A DNA stretch of 64,000 nucleotides from the NCBI GenBank assembly GCA_964016885.1, contig OZ024743.1:261454001-261518000 (forward strand), in the 5' to 3' direction. The notes beneath the pieces were generated by a model. It saw only the letters and a list, made by a program, of their open reading frames with translations. It was not told the DNA's origin and did no database searches. Positions 27,701-38,829 of this stretch are shown one piece after another (the first letter of the stretch is position 1; every line of letters starts with the position of its first letter). The DNA is from Eledone cirrhosa. Lineage: Eukaryota. A program made the translations under genes and the position numbers.

Positions 27701-30700
27701 TTTACCTTGCTATTAGTCACTTGCAGTCAGTCATGCGCGGACTATGGTACAGTACTGACACTCTTTAAAAAAAACTCTTTTTGGAACAATGGAAAATAGT
27801 TATTTTGAGATAAGATCGAATATCAAGTTTCTGGTGAAACTCAAATGGAAAGGGACACAGATTATGGAGGCTTTAGTTAAAGTTTACAGTACTACTGCTC
27901 CAAAGAAAACTGCTGTCTACAAGTGGATTCATCGATTCAAACAAGAGAGAGACGACCTTGAAGACAACCATCGCAGTGGAAGACTAGGAACATAAAAAAA
28001 TGACCAAACGTTGAGGCTGCTCAGACTTTAATTGAAGAAGATCGAAGAATAACAGTTAATCAGTTAGCTAAGTCCCTAGACATTTCATATGGTTCGGCAA
28101 ATTCAATTCTGCACGATAATTTGGGACTAAGCAAGCTTTCAGTGCGATGGGTCCCAAAAGCGTTGCGCCCTGATCAGCTGATTCTTCGAAGTGATCTGTC
28201 TTTGGCGATATTAAACAAAATTGAAGTTGATGAAGAGCATTTCCTGACCAGAATCATCACCGGAGATGAAACCTGGATCTACCAGTATGATCCTGAATCC
28301 AAACAGCAGTCAAAACAGTGGCTTCCACGTGGATCATCGGGGCCAATCAAGTTCAAATCTCAAAAGTCGGATAAAAAAGTGATGGCCACCATTTTCTGGG
28401 ATTCAGATGGGGTGATACTAATAGATTATCTTGAAGGTCAAAGAACTGTGACAAGAGCTTACTATGCAAATGTTTTAAGGAAACTGAAAGAGGCATTAGT
28501 CAAGAAACGAAAAGGGAAACTTCATGGTGGGATCTTGTTTGACCATGACAATGCACCAGCGCATTCTGCACGGGTTGCAAAAGAAGTTCTTCGAGAATTT
28601 CGATGGGAAGTGCTTCCTCACCCGCCTTATAGTCCAGATTTAGCCCCATCAGACTTTTTCCTCTTTCCAAAACTCAAAGAAATGCTAAAAGGAACCCGTT
28701 TTAGTGGTGTTGAAGAAGCTAAAAACACTGCTAACACATGGCTTCGAACAAGGCCTTCAACTTTCTTTAGAGACGGCTGACGGAGTTGGAAGTATCGCTT
28801 TGTGAAGTGTATTGACCTGGATGGCAACTATGTAGAAAAATAAATTGAAGGTAAATCATATTTTTTGAAAAATAGAATATTTTCTGAAAAATTCCGCGAA
28901 CTTTTTGATCCCCCCTCGTAGTTAAAATGTTAGATAGGATTTTTCGCAGTATCTGATCCAGATCTGTGCACTCTGAGTTCAAATCCCACCTCCTTTTGCT
29001 AGCATATAATATTTTTTTTTTTTTTTTTCCAGATTTTCCTGTGATTGCTGTCGTCTTAACATTACTTGCACTCTTTTTACCGTGTATTGCCTTATTAATC
29101 TACATAAAAGGGTACAGCAGTAGAATTCTTATTTTTCTTTTCCTTATGTTTTTCAAAATATCAAAATACAGCTTGGTTGATGTTTTCAATAAATCTATGT
29201 TCCTCTGAGTGGATTAGAATGTTGGGCTTATGATCAGAGGATCAGGAGTTTGATTCTCAGACATGAGCAAGATTCTTTATTTCATATTGTTCCAGTCCAC
29301 TCAACTGGTAAAAATAAGTTGCAACAACACTGATACCAAACTATATTGGCAATTGCTTTCATTTGGACAATATCATATATAATGTGTATTGAAACCTTGG
29401 GTAATGGAATAATTGTATTGTGTTGTTTATTACATAATTAAATAGCTCTGTACTATACATAGAGCACTCTTATTTCCTTTACCTTTTCTACGGAAATACT
29501 TTATATATATATACATGTGTAAAATCCCAACAACGACGCCAAGCAGTTTTGGCTTGTGTGTTAAGCAAGCTTTATCAAGGGCGTATCATCATCATCATTT
29601 CATTTTACGTCCGCTTTTCCCTGCTTGCAAGGGTGGGACGGGAACTGATTCTGGCTTGATTTCTACAGCTGGATACCCTTCCTAACACCAACTTCATTTA
29701 CAGTGAGTGCTGGGTGCTTTTTTGCCATGGCACCTACACGTCCACTTTGCAGTGGAATGATATGGACCCCAGTCCCTATCATCTCATTTCTACAGCTGAG
29801 TAAACTGGAGCAATGTGAAATAAAGTGTCTTGCTCAAGGAAACAACACATCACCCGGTCTGAGAATTGAACTCACAACCTTTCGATTGCAAGGCCAATGC
29901 TCTAACCACTAAGCCATGTGCCTCCATATATATATTTATATAGTGTGTATATAGTATATACAGTGTGTATATATGGTGTATACAGTCGTTTTTTTATTTA
30001 ATGACCGATAAATCGGATTCCCAGCCATTTAATTCTAAGCGATCGGAGTTAATGACTATTTTTTTAATGACCACGTTTTTTTGACAAAAATTGCAATGAA
30101 TATACCCATGTGTCGTAGTTTGAACCGGAGTTACCTCCCCTGGTCTGGTCGCTCACAGAGGGAGCTGTTTGAGCGTTCTTAATAAAGTAGCTAAACATGG
30201 CTGGACGTATATTTAACTTGTGTGTTACTTGTCATGTTTCCAAACCCAAAACAATATTACACCATGTACCCAAGAGCAAGTAACATCAAGAAAAAGTGAA
30301 AGACGTTTACTATTGATCAGAAAAAGGTCATTGATTACAAATTGGCAAATCCCAGTGTTACCCAGGACCAATTTGCAACAAAATTTGGCATGCCAAAGGG
30401 GACCCTAAACACAATTATGAAAAACAAAGAAAAATATTTGACCCAAAACGATGGATCGAATGCTCGAAAAAACATTCTCAAGAGCAAAAAAAACGACGAT
30501 GTCTACAAAATTTTATATGAGTGGGTTCAAAAGAAAAGAAAGGCAAATCACACAATGACCAATGACCTTTTGGCAATAATGGCAATTAAAATAAACAAAA
30601 AATTGGGTGAACACGATTTCAAGGCTTCTTCTACGTGGATCACACGTTTCAAATCAAAATACGGGATCAAATCCGGTTTGATATCTGGAGAAGAAGGATT

Positions 30701-31911
30701 GGTGGACCCATCATTTTGAGAGAAACGTGGAACGAATTCGAAGAAATTTACAAAAAATACCAGCCAGAAGACGTGTCCAACTGTGATGAAATGGGCCTGT
30801 TTTTTAAGTGCCAGAACACGACGAGGACAAGGCAAGCGGAAAGTTTTTCAAAGAAAGATTCACCATTCTGTTCTGCACTAGCATGCTGGGTGAAAAACTA
30901 AAACCTCTGATTATAGGAAAGTACAAGTGCCCACGGGGTTTCAAGGACCTTAATTTCGACACCATGAACGTAGAATACACATTCAGTAAAAAGGCCTGGA
31001 TGACAACTACAATTTTTCTAGATTGGTTGGAGGGATTAAATGACCAAATGATTAGTTCCAATAGAACAATTCTGTTGCTTTTGGACAACGCAACTGTACA
31101 CTGTATCGACAAAGAATTTTCAAATGTTGAACTTTACTATTTCCCTGCAAACACAACATCGAAAATACAACCCCTTGATCAGGGAATCATTCGATCATTC
31201 AAAGCAAAGTACAAAAAAATCCTCACAAGGAATTTAAGCATGGAGGAAGATAATTTAGAAAAATCCTATGAAATACAATTAAAAGAGTACAAAATAGTCG
31301 ATTCTCTGCCACTGTGCATCGAATCGTGGGGTGCAGTGATAAAAGAAACAATAAAAAACTGTTTCACGAAAGCGTTTGATAACTAGCACTGCTCCATTGA
31401 AAAGAATGAAAACGAGGAGTCCTCCATGAGAAAACCGAAATTTTAAGATGATAATAGAAAATACGCACTAGAAGAAACACTAGTAAAAGAAGCTGAATTA
31501 AACTACTTCCCAACTGAGGATGAGAGGATTGATATTGATGATGATTTTTTGAAAAATCTCAATGAGTATACGACGGAATGTGAAGAACTAGAAGAGTCTT
31601 GCATCACAGATCCGCCCATGGGCACAATTGGATATGCAGACGCCTTGGCATATTTGGAGGGCCTTGAAAGATATTTCTAACAAATGAAAACAGCGTGCTG
31701 ATAATTGTTGGTCAACTGCGTGAAAGCTTGCTGAGAACCAAGAAAAAAAGAAGGCCGCTAATAGTAGACTATATTAGGACATTTAAAAATTAGGTTTCTT
31801 CAATTTTTCAGTAAAAACTAATTTTGATCTTCGAAATTTTTTAATTTAGTCATTTTTTTAATGACCGACCCGCGAAAAGGTCACCCTCATGGTCATTAAA
31901 TGAAAAAATGA

Positions 31912-31955
<44 letters not shown>

Positions 31956-34900
31956 AGGTGTCCCCAAAAAATGATTACCTGTACAGGCAATATTTATTAA
32001 AATGCTATTGAAGTGTGTATACGTTTTTTGAGGACTCCCTGTATATATATATATATATACATACATATCTATATGGTCTATTTATACTGTGTATAGTGTG
32101 TATTTAAGGCATATATGAGTTGTGACAACACTGATGCTAACCTATATCAGTTTTTGTCTTTCCCTTGGGCAACAATTGTAATGTGAAAGAAACATGCATG
32201 CATAGTCACCTGCTGGTCTTCCACAAAACACCCTGCCCTGGCTTGTGTCTTGGAGGGATAAATTCAGTCAGTCAATGAACATTCTAGTTTTTCAGTCGAC
32301 AGAACTTCCTTTTCATTAACATGTAAGTGGCTGGGTACTCTACAGAGGTATGTACCCTGAATATGATTCTTAGTGTAATTCAGTGAGTGTAGCACAGTGT
32401 GTAATAAGGTGGGCCACTTTGAATTACTTATACAACCATCTGGCTGGCATCCACACAGTTTCTGTTTACTTAACCTTTTGGAAGCTAAAGGCGCAATATG
32501 TCACCAATAGAGTAATCTCTCCTTAATACATAATGCAGTGTCAAGGGAAGCAATTCATAAAAGTTTCTAGCATGCTGAAGGTTAATTTGATTCACATGAC
32601 TTAAATTGACCTGAAGTTATGATTAAAGACATGTAGCATACTTGTGAGATCAAACTCTGACACTCCTGATTGTGAAGTAAAGTTCTTAACCGTTTGGCCT
32701 CCTGTATTCACCATGAAATAGCATTCATTATAATGCGTTGCTTTACACATGTATGTTCTATACTGTAAATATTAATAAATTTACTTTTTGAATAAATATG
32801 GTTCACAGAAGAATTTGTGGTTTAAGTTAACTTTTGCCTAATTGTCCACCTCCCTTTGGATAATGAAAAAGTCTCTACTCCTTCATTCTGTTAGTTTTAA
32901 AGTCTCTGAAGATAGTCATAGAACTAAGGGCATCACATATGGCTGAGTCATAAAATTATAGACAATTCAAAACTCCCCCTCAAATCACACCCTACTGTCT
33001 TCCAAACAGAAGGACATCTCTAAATATTAGACACTGGAGATGCCAAGAGACAAGATGGTCATGGCTAGAATGCCATTGCTTATAAATATGTTCAATCAGG
33101 GTTGACCTCAGGCTAAGCAGCAATAATATGTATATATACTTAGTATATACCAGTTTAGCTTTCTAAACTGGCATAGTATATATACATATTATTGTTGCTT
33201 AGCCTGAGGTCAACCCTATACCATATCTCTGCATGAGGTAAGGAAGTGACTAAAAGGGTCAGCATTAAGAAGGACATCAGGCCACAAAATATGATCATCA
33301 TTTTATGTCAACATTCCATACTGGCATTGGTTGAAAGGGTTGTGATGGTTCAAATTAGACTGGTTAGAGAGAAACTACTGCTTTAACCCTTTAGCATATA
33401 CATTACTCTATATTTACTATTGTATTTTCCCAGTTAAAGGCTTTATCTCACATAATATCGAATCTATGAGATTTTCATATTATTTATTTTGATAACAATA
33501 TCTTAACATCAGTATGAGTGGCCGGTTATAGCTGGTTTTAACAGAAAGAAGTGAGAGAATTCTGGCCGGATACGGCCGGTTTAAATGCTAAAGGGTTAAA
33601 ACATGAACCTTGATGTACTTTGATGGGACATGAATACCTAGTTCCAGTTTTAACAGAGGAAATGGTCCTGAAATATTTGTTGTTTTGTTTGTTTGTTTGC
33701 AAGATTTCCTATTTCTGGAAACAAATTGTCTGAAAATATTTCATTCCTGTTGAGACAGTCATTGAAATTCACTTTTCAGCTTTAACCCTTTGATGTTCAA
33801 ACCGGCCAGAATTCTCTACTTCTTTCTGTTGAAACTGGCTGTAACCGGTCGCTCAAACTGATGTTAAGGTATTGTTCTCAAAATAAATACTTTTAAAATC
33901 TCATAGATTCGATATTATGTGAGATAATTATGCGAGATAAAGCCCTTATCATGAAAATATAATAGTATATATAGAGTAATGACATATATTTTCATTTTCT
34001 TATTATTTTTAGTGTACAGAGACGCGTTGATAAGACACCCATTGAATATCCTGTAAGTTAATATAATTGGCTCTAATAATTCTTCTCTCTCTCACTCTCT
34101 CCGTCCTTTCATGTTTTTCCCACTAACTCCCCCTCACTCCTTCTCAGGTGCGTGTTTTTTTTTTGGGGGGGGGGGGGGGCAACATGACCCTCCCAAAGAA
34201 TAACAATCATCATCATCATCATTTAATGTGCATCTTCCACGCTAGCATGAGTTAGACGGGAGTTGTCCCACTTGAGGCAAGGTTGGTCGGGTGACCGTGT
34301 CTCGCTCATATAGGACTATCTGGCAGGTTTTCTACGGCTGGATGCCCTTCCTAACACCAACCACATTTACAATATATATGTATTATAGTAATTCCCTGTT
34401 AAATGTGTTATTAGGTTTTGGGTATAGATTAATAATCACTTATGTAAGCAGCATTGAGCACTCAATGTTGTATAGCTCCATCATTATATTATCACAACAG
34501 AGTCTTGGTATAGTAATGAATTAGAAAGCAGTATCTTTGAATTTCAATACATTTTATTTATTATATAATAAACAGAATGTGGCGAAATTCTAACATCCTT
34601 CTAATTCATCACTGATATACATATATATATATGATGATATATATCTATACTATAAAGCTGACGGCCGTATGTAGGTAACAAACTTTCCGCCAAACGACTG
34701 GACCAAACCAATTTGCACCATAGATGTGACTTTTTCCAAGTAAAAAAGTGAGGGTATTTTTGTCTACTGAATTTTGTTAAAAGATTAAAGACATTATTTA
34801 AATATTCACTTCTTTAAAATTTCAAATGTCAACACTTCCGATTACACATCATTCCTCACTTTTTCTTATGACGTCGCACAACATTCCCCTCATTTTCTTA

Positions 34901-37900
34901 GTCTGTCTTTTTAGATAGATACATAGCTATAACGTAGCACCCTTATAATATGTCTCTGTATGTCTGGCTGTCTGCATTAGATAACGTTTTTCGAAATATT
35001 TACTTCTGCGTTCACAGACTGATTTTTTTTAGTTTCAGAAGATCCCGTTAAGGGTGAAAGCAGCGATTCTTTGCTTAAACTTTAATCTGTTATTTTAATA
35101 TATATATTTTTGCATACACAAAAACAAAAACCTATTTATTTCACGCCTTATCGTCATTGTTACTGTTCGAGGTTAGAGGACCACAGTCTTTCCAAGATCT
35201 GAGAACCATCAATGGCCATCAATGTTCCACTTACCGTTTGGCTTGCCAGATGTGTGGTATGTTACACGATGACAGCCATTGGCACCTCACTCTGCAAGAA
35301 GCAGCAACTGCTAAAGTCCCTTCTCAGTTACAAAAACTTTTTGCTATTATGCTGCACAACTGCGATCTCGCCGACCCTCTCGCAATGTGGAACAACCACC
35401 GCGAAAGTCTAGCTGAGGACATACTCCACCGCACACGCAGACACAATCCGAACATAACATACAATGTCGTTTTCAATGAGGTGCTCATTTGTCTTGAAAA
35501 CAGTGTCCTGGAGATTGGTGGTAGGCCTCTAAGTCACTACAGCTTACCTGCTCCTGACAGGAGTGTCCAGAGGTCAACGTCTACAGAGCTTCTCCGCGAG
35601 ACGAGCTACGAGATCAGTGATTCTCCCATGGTCAATTGCATGTAGGATGCTCTCGGATGAGCTCGCCAAACAATCTCTTCATCTTTGCTCCGGAGGGCCG
35701 AACAAAAAATATTGTATACTCTGAGGCTCTAACAATGTAATTTAAATATTTTCTTGGAATTTCCATTATGGTTGTACAAATTATTGTTTGTTAAAAAATT
35801 TGTTCTCTGTTCAGCCTTTATTGTTGTAACTATCAATTTTCTTTAACGTACTGGCTACTGAACTGGGGAATCCTAAAAAACTATTCAAACCCAAAATCAG
35901 AGCACATTAAACCCCCCCCCCCCCCTCACTGACTTGAGAGGGCATGCGGTATCTGGAGTGGAGGGGGGATTCCTGAAAAGATAAAATGCCGGTACACCTA
36001 GCCGGACGGGCCAGCTAGCATATATATATATATATTGGGCTGCAACAAGCATCTCCCTACCCTTCCCCATTCACCCTTCCTAATCTTAATATCCTCTCCC
36101 TCCTTTCCCCACTTTCTATGCTCCTGAGGTACCTCCCCTGTCATGCTCAATTCCTGCATACAAACATGGAAAGCTGGACATGCTCCAAATTTCCTCTCCT
36201 CCCATAATTCTGCTGCCATGACAAAAAGAACTTTGTCCATCCTATATGGTGATCTGGTGCCACAACAACAAAAGCACTAAGTTCACCCTGTAAAGTAGTC
36301 ATGCTGATGACACAACAAAAAGCACCTAGTCCACCCTGAAAAATGGCCATGCTGGTGACACGATAAAACCATTCAATCCACTCTGTTAGATGGTTGTTTT
36401 AGTGCCATGATAAAAAGCACCCAGTCCTCACTGTAACATGGTTGGTGTTAGGAAGGGCATCCAGCCATAGAAACCAAGCCACAATACAGATCTGTATGAG
36501 CAAGACATGGTCCCCTGACCTGACTTGTTTCATAATGCAAAAACCCATCTAACCTATTCAAGCGTGGTAAATGATCATTAAACAATGATATATGTATGTA
36601 TCATTTTTCCACGCTTGCATGGGTTGGATGAGTCCTTTTCAGCACAGCATCTCTCCACTCACTGTGTTCCTTCATCATCTCTTGTGTGAGTCTCAGGGAT
36701 TCGAGATCAGCTTTCACCTTCTCTGCCCAGATATTCCTTGGTCTACCTCTACTGTGGCTTCCCTCCAATGGGATTTCTTAGCACTTCTTCACTGAGCAGT
36801 CATTATCCATGAGTATCACATGAAAGTACTAATGCAGTTTTTCTACTGGATACCCTTGCTAATGCCAACTACTTTGCAGTGTGTACTAGGAGCATGTTTT
36901 CTATGTCTGGATGTCCTTCCTAATGCCAACAACTTTACAACATGTACTGGAAGCAGAGTTTCTACAACTGGATGCCCTTCTTAATACCAACCACTTTACA
37001 GAGTGTACTGGGAGCATTTTATCATGACTCCAACACTACCTACCACCTTACAGGATGGATTAGGTACTTTTTGTCATGGCACCAGTACTACCACCTTACA
37101 GAGTGGACTTGGTGCTTTTGTAGTGGCACCAGGGCTATTTCATTACAGCATTAGGGTGCTCAGTGTACATGGTCATGCTGGGATACTAGCATTTCATTGT
37201 TGAAGGGGGGCAGTTATGGTGGTGGCCTAAAAGGGAGGCATTTATATACTGCTTGGGACCATATTCTATTGTTTTTAAATGTTCGCTATTTTCTTCCTCT
37301 GTTTGCAGATTAAAACTGTACATAATTATAACAGTATTTCTAGTATTGTATATAGAGATTCACACAATTCATCAGTAAGTAACTTTAATTAATTTGTACA
37401 TACAGCATTCATCATGACTGAATGGTCACTCATTTAGTCAAATAGGTAATACATGATTGTGTTGCCAATTGTTATGTCATTAACATCCATTTTCACTGAT
37501 AGCAAGGGTTAAAAAGGAAACGGTGATGCTCAAGAAAAGAGCAAATACAGAGGCATAAAATTAATGGATTAAGTTATGAAAATGACAGTCTTTGCACAAC
37601 TAGTTAGGGAAATTGTCAAATTAGATGAGATGCAGATTGGTTTTGTGCCAGGAAGGAGCACAACAGATGCCCTTTTCTTAGTGAGACACCTACAAGAAAA
37701 GTTCCTAGCTAAGTGCAAGCTAATTTATCTAGCTTTTACAGAGGCCTTTAATACAATACTGCAAACTGTAATCTGGTGGTTCTTAAGAGAACTGAGTGTA
37801 GATGGGTGGCTTGTGAAAGCAGTGCAAGCCATATATAGTGTTGCTGTTAGTAAAATGAGTTTAGTGAAGAATTCAATGCACAAGTAGATGTTCATTAAGG

Positions 37901-38185
37901 CGTCCAATCTTGTTTAATATAGTTTTCCAGGCCATAAACAGAGAAGTTTAAGACTAGCTGTCTAGATCTATAAAAAAACAAAACCACAACTTTAAAGGGT
38001 TCCTATTTAAATTAATATCTTCCAACATAATTTTATGTAAGAACCATGTCTTAAGTTACCCTCTTAGTAATGAAATAATAAATAATTTGAGTAAATCCCT
38101 CCAAATTTTTCATTAATTAACTTATTTAAATATAATATATTTCATTAGAATTAGCCATGTATAACATGTTTAGATTATTCTAAAA

Positions 38186-38233
<48 letters not shown>

Positions 38234-38829
38234 AACATTTAAGTATTTTTCTGATTCATTGATACTAATTTTTTTTTTTTTTTTTTTTTTTTTTCAAAAT
38301 TTAATTTCTTCAGACCAATGATGGAGCATGTGACAATTCTTCCATCTCAATAACAGCCAAGTTGTGTCTAGAGTCTTCACCAAAAATTGATCAAAATGAA
38401 TTATATTCAGTTGAAAAAGCAATGAGTAAAAATTTAGGATTAGATGATTTTCATAATGAAGATATATATGATGAAGAGGCTCAAATTAATTCTTTAAAAG
38501 TACAGTTACTTGAAACTACAGTTGATACTGATGACAAAGAAACAGAATTTACTGATAATTCTTATGACATTATCAAACGAACATCTTCCTGCAAAAATAA
38601 TAATGATTCCAAAAATGACATTTACATTCGAGCAATCTCAAGTTTCACATGTATGAATTCAAGTGGCTACATTGCAGACAACGATTTTGTAACTAATGGC
38701 AACAGTGATTATATATCAAATTCTTCAGACGTTGAAGCTACTAGCTTCGGCAGTAAGTCATACAATTGTAATAGTAGTGACACTGTTGACAAAACAATAG
38801 CTGAAAATCAAATACTGCCAATAGTTTGA
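5169..38829 (+). CDS. Class I cytokine receptor (domeless/gp130-like), 3' portion; spliced CDS join(5169..5308,14046..14199,22389..22538,24059..24208,29033..29111,34013..34052,37309..37374,38314..38829); 5' exons lie outside the window
   Basis: Eight exons with AG/GT boundaries and compatible phases (1-0,0-1,1-1,1-1,1-2,2-0,0-0,0-stop) give one open frame: FN3, FN3, hydrophobic TM, proline Box1-like motif, acidic Ser/Asn-rich tail with several Tyr. YTFAVST..SSGLFWTTCYF resembles the membrane-proximal FN3 motif of invertebrate domeless-family receptors. Confidence 0.8.
5903..6483 (+). mobile_element. OK-type SINE 5' part followed by RTE 3' fragment
   Basis: ctgagttcaaatccc B-box, then ggagtaggtagacccaga...gacgttaaacgatg RTE end. 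Confidence 0.6.
6842..10395 (-). mobile_element. Near full-length degenerate R4/Dong-clade non-LTR retrotransposon (RT + CCHC + restriction-like endonuclease)
   Basis: WKSPGPDG, NYRPITCL, WIDYKKAFDMVPH, GIFQGDSLSPLLF, HLLFMDDLKL, CRICGEREETVAHIVSEC, RHD motifs; 3' end abuts (TAA)n at 6815-6841. Confidence 0.85.
11414..13347 (-). mobile_element. 5'-truncated R4/Dong-clade retrotransposon, second family
   Basis: GIFQGDSLSPLLF, HLFYMDDLKL, EGGRGL, CRVC, RPDII..LIDMSIP..KYKDL endonuclease; 3' end abuts (TAA)n at about 11383-11413. Confidence 0.85.
13345..13810 (+). mobile_element. RTE LINE 3' fragment
   Basis: GR.RKT coding remnant plus family 3' UTR and gatgatgat tail. Confidence 0.6.
14046..14199 (+). 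CDS. Cytokine receptor exon: second half of FN3 (SNLTWSYVTSNQTSKLLSIYRDLRAYTFAVSTENHKGSSGLFWTTCYFTLT)
   Basis: Polypyrimidine tract + ttttcag acceptor, gtattt donor; 154 nt links phase 0 to phase 1 as the neighbours require. Confidence 0.85.
14345..15605 (-). mobile_element. 5'-truncated RTE LINE
   Basis: CRIGVGRNSILC..VWVHKRC, YLGDKISSGGGC, KGRLYDACIRTAMLHGSE; (gat)n tail. Confidence 0.85.
15775..20042 (-). mobile_element. 5'-truncated Penelope-like element (RT + GIY-YIG) with inverted terminal repeat; nested SINE
   Basis: FDITMGSSDSAQVTDLVG, GIYRDNGL, VNFLDV, RNITWFN, CNC..CPLQGMC..GVVYRC..TYI GIY-YIG, CRLCLSE; 15899-16256 is reverse-complementary to 19570-20042. Outer boundary approximate. 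Confidence 0.8.
16279..16610 (-). mobile_element. tRNA-head CORE-type SINE with RTE tail
   Basis: tRNA-like head ggaggcacatggcttag..gagttcaattctc, CORE-like tccttgagcaagacact, RTE-derived tail. Confidence 0.75.
20400..20595 (+). mobile_element. 3' end of a second RTE-like LINE family
   Basis: GR.RKTW-like remnant, then cccgtcccacccttgcaggcagggaaaagcggacgtaaaa(tga)n. Confidence 0.55.
20861..21050 (-). mobile_element. OK-type SINE
   Basis: Similar to the copy at 437-628. Confidence 0.7.
21700..22290 (+). mobile_element. Highly degenerate R4/Dong-like fragment
   Basis: KYLGV.E..IKQKEMK and IDRKTRKLMT..K.L remnants, GGGR.LISCE. Confidence 0.55.
22389..22538 (+). CDS. Cytokine receptor exon: first half of last FN3 (KPKKPVKFQVKIKEKSFIVEWEHYNCNTESAYISNYVVSYCVAIDSTNCH)
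   Basis: tttcag acceptor, gtaaat donor, 150 nt phase 1-1; FN3 V-x-W and Y-x-V-x-Y-C pattern. Confidence 0.85.
22857..23891 (+). mobile_element. 5'-truncated RTE LINE, closely related to the 14345-15605 copy
   Basis: ORF 22944..23504 (RTE C-terminus), family 3' UTR, (gat)n tail. Confidence 0.85.
24059..24208 (+). CDS. Cytokine receptor exon: second half of last FN3 (DKIQERNVSKTEKKYQLKDLPSKKYLVWVKSSTDVGASPVVTKELKTLEE)
   Basis: cttcag acceptor, gtaagt donor, 150 nt phase 1-1; L-x-x-L...Y-x-V-x-V...G-x-S FN3 pattern. Confidence 0.85.
24284..26664 (+). repeat. 31-bp minisatellite, about 77 copies, consensus CCATATACTATAACCTTAGC(T/C)ACC(T/A)CA(C/T)ATA
   Basis: Directly visible head-to-tail repeats starting 76 bp after an exon donor; variation almost confined to three positions. 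Confidence 0.98.
27150..27595 (+). mobile_element. RTE 3' UTR fragment with about 4-5 tandem ~42-bp units
   Basis: Repeated cacactgtaaagtggtc..gggtgtcacaacaaaaag units, then the family 3' end. Confidence 0.65.
27607..28918 (+). mobile_element. Full-length mariner transposon with disrupted DD34D transposase
   Basis: TIRs cgaggggggatcaaaaagttc / gaactttttgatcccccctcg, TA duplication; WVPKAL, TGDETW, HDNA, HPPYSPDLAPSDFFLF; frame broken near 27995 and 28780. Confidence 0.95.
29033..29111 (+). CDS. Cytokine receptor exon: transmembrane helix (DFPVIAVVLTLLALFLPCIALLIYIKG)
   Basis: Long poly-T + ccag acceptor, gtacag donor; about 23 hydrophobic residues followed by Lys. Confidence 0.8.
29585..29925 (-). 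mobile_element. tRNA-head CORE-type SINE with RTE tail
   Basis: Near-identical to the 16279-16610 and 40339-40680 copies. Confidence 0.75.
29983..31914 (+). mobile_element. Full-length pogo/Tigger transposon with frameshifted transposase
   Basis: TIRs cagtcgtttttttatttaatgacc / ggtcattaaatgaaaaaatgactg, TA flanks; CENP-B HTH (FKASSTWITRFK), NCDEMGL, LLLDNATVH, QPLDQGII. Confidence 0.92.
31955..32041. mobile_element. Tc1/mariner-type MITE (related copy in opposite orientation near 46848-46916)
   Basis: Imperfect TIRs caggtgtccccaaaaaa / ttttttgaggactccctg within TA tracts. Confidence 0.55.
33098..33217. repeat. Near-perfect 120-nt palindrome/hairpin
   Basis: agggttgacctcaggctaagcagcaataatatgtatatatact ... 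agtatatatacatattattgttgcttagcctgaggtcaaccct with inner stem ccagtttag/ctaaactgg. Confidence 0.9.
33387..33595. mobile_element. piggyBac-like MITE
   Basis: TTAA on both sides; TIRs ccctttagcat / atgctaaaggg. Confidence 0.75.
33786..33985. mobile_element. Second copy of the piggyBac-like MITE, inverted, one end lost
   Basis: ttaaccctttg start; body reverse-complementary to 33387-33595. Confidence 0.65.
34013..34052 (+). CDS. Cytokine receptor exon: juxtamembrane Box1-like segment (VQRRVDKTPIEYP)
   Basis: tttttag acceptor, gtaagt donor, 40 nt phase 2-0; basic residues then a proline motif after the TM. Confidence 0.75.
34644..36018 (+). mobile_element. Internally deleted Helitron
   Basis: 5' TC and 3' GC-rich segment ending CTAG; RepHel fragments VRGPQSFQDLRT..ACQMCGMLHDDSHW..LFAIML and FSHGQLHVGCSR..TKNIVY. 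Confidence 0.85.
37309..37374 (+). CDS. Cytokine receptor cytoplasmic exon (IKTVHNYNSISSIVYRDSHNSS)
   Basis: tttgcag acceptor, gtaagt donor, 66 nt phase 0-0, open frame. Confidence 0.7.
37510..37970 (+). mobile_element. Degenerate RTE RT fragment
   Basis: DEMQIGFVPGRSTTDALFLVRHLQEK. Confidence 0.7.
38314..38829 (+). CDS. Cytokine receptor terminal coding exon: cytoplasmic tail ending ...ENQILPIV*
   Basis: Poly-T + cttcag acceptor, in frame with ORF 38362..38829; unique acidic Ser/Asn-rich sequence with SGYI and SDYI tyrosines. Confidence 0.8.
   Translation, partial: TNDGACDNSSISITAKLCLESSPKIDQNELYSVEKAMSKNLGLDDFHNEDIYDEEAQINSLKVQLLETTVDTDDKETEFTDNSYDIIKRTSSCKNNNDSKNDIYIRAISSFTCMNSSGYIADNDFVTNGNSDYISNSSDVEATSFGSKSYNCNSSDTVDKTIAENQILPIV

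Noticed and set aside
30263-31790. Tigger-derived (TIGD) host gene
   Set aside because: Intact TIRs with TA flanks and multiple frameshifts and stops.
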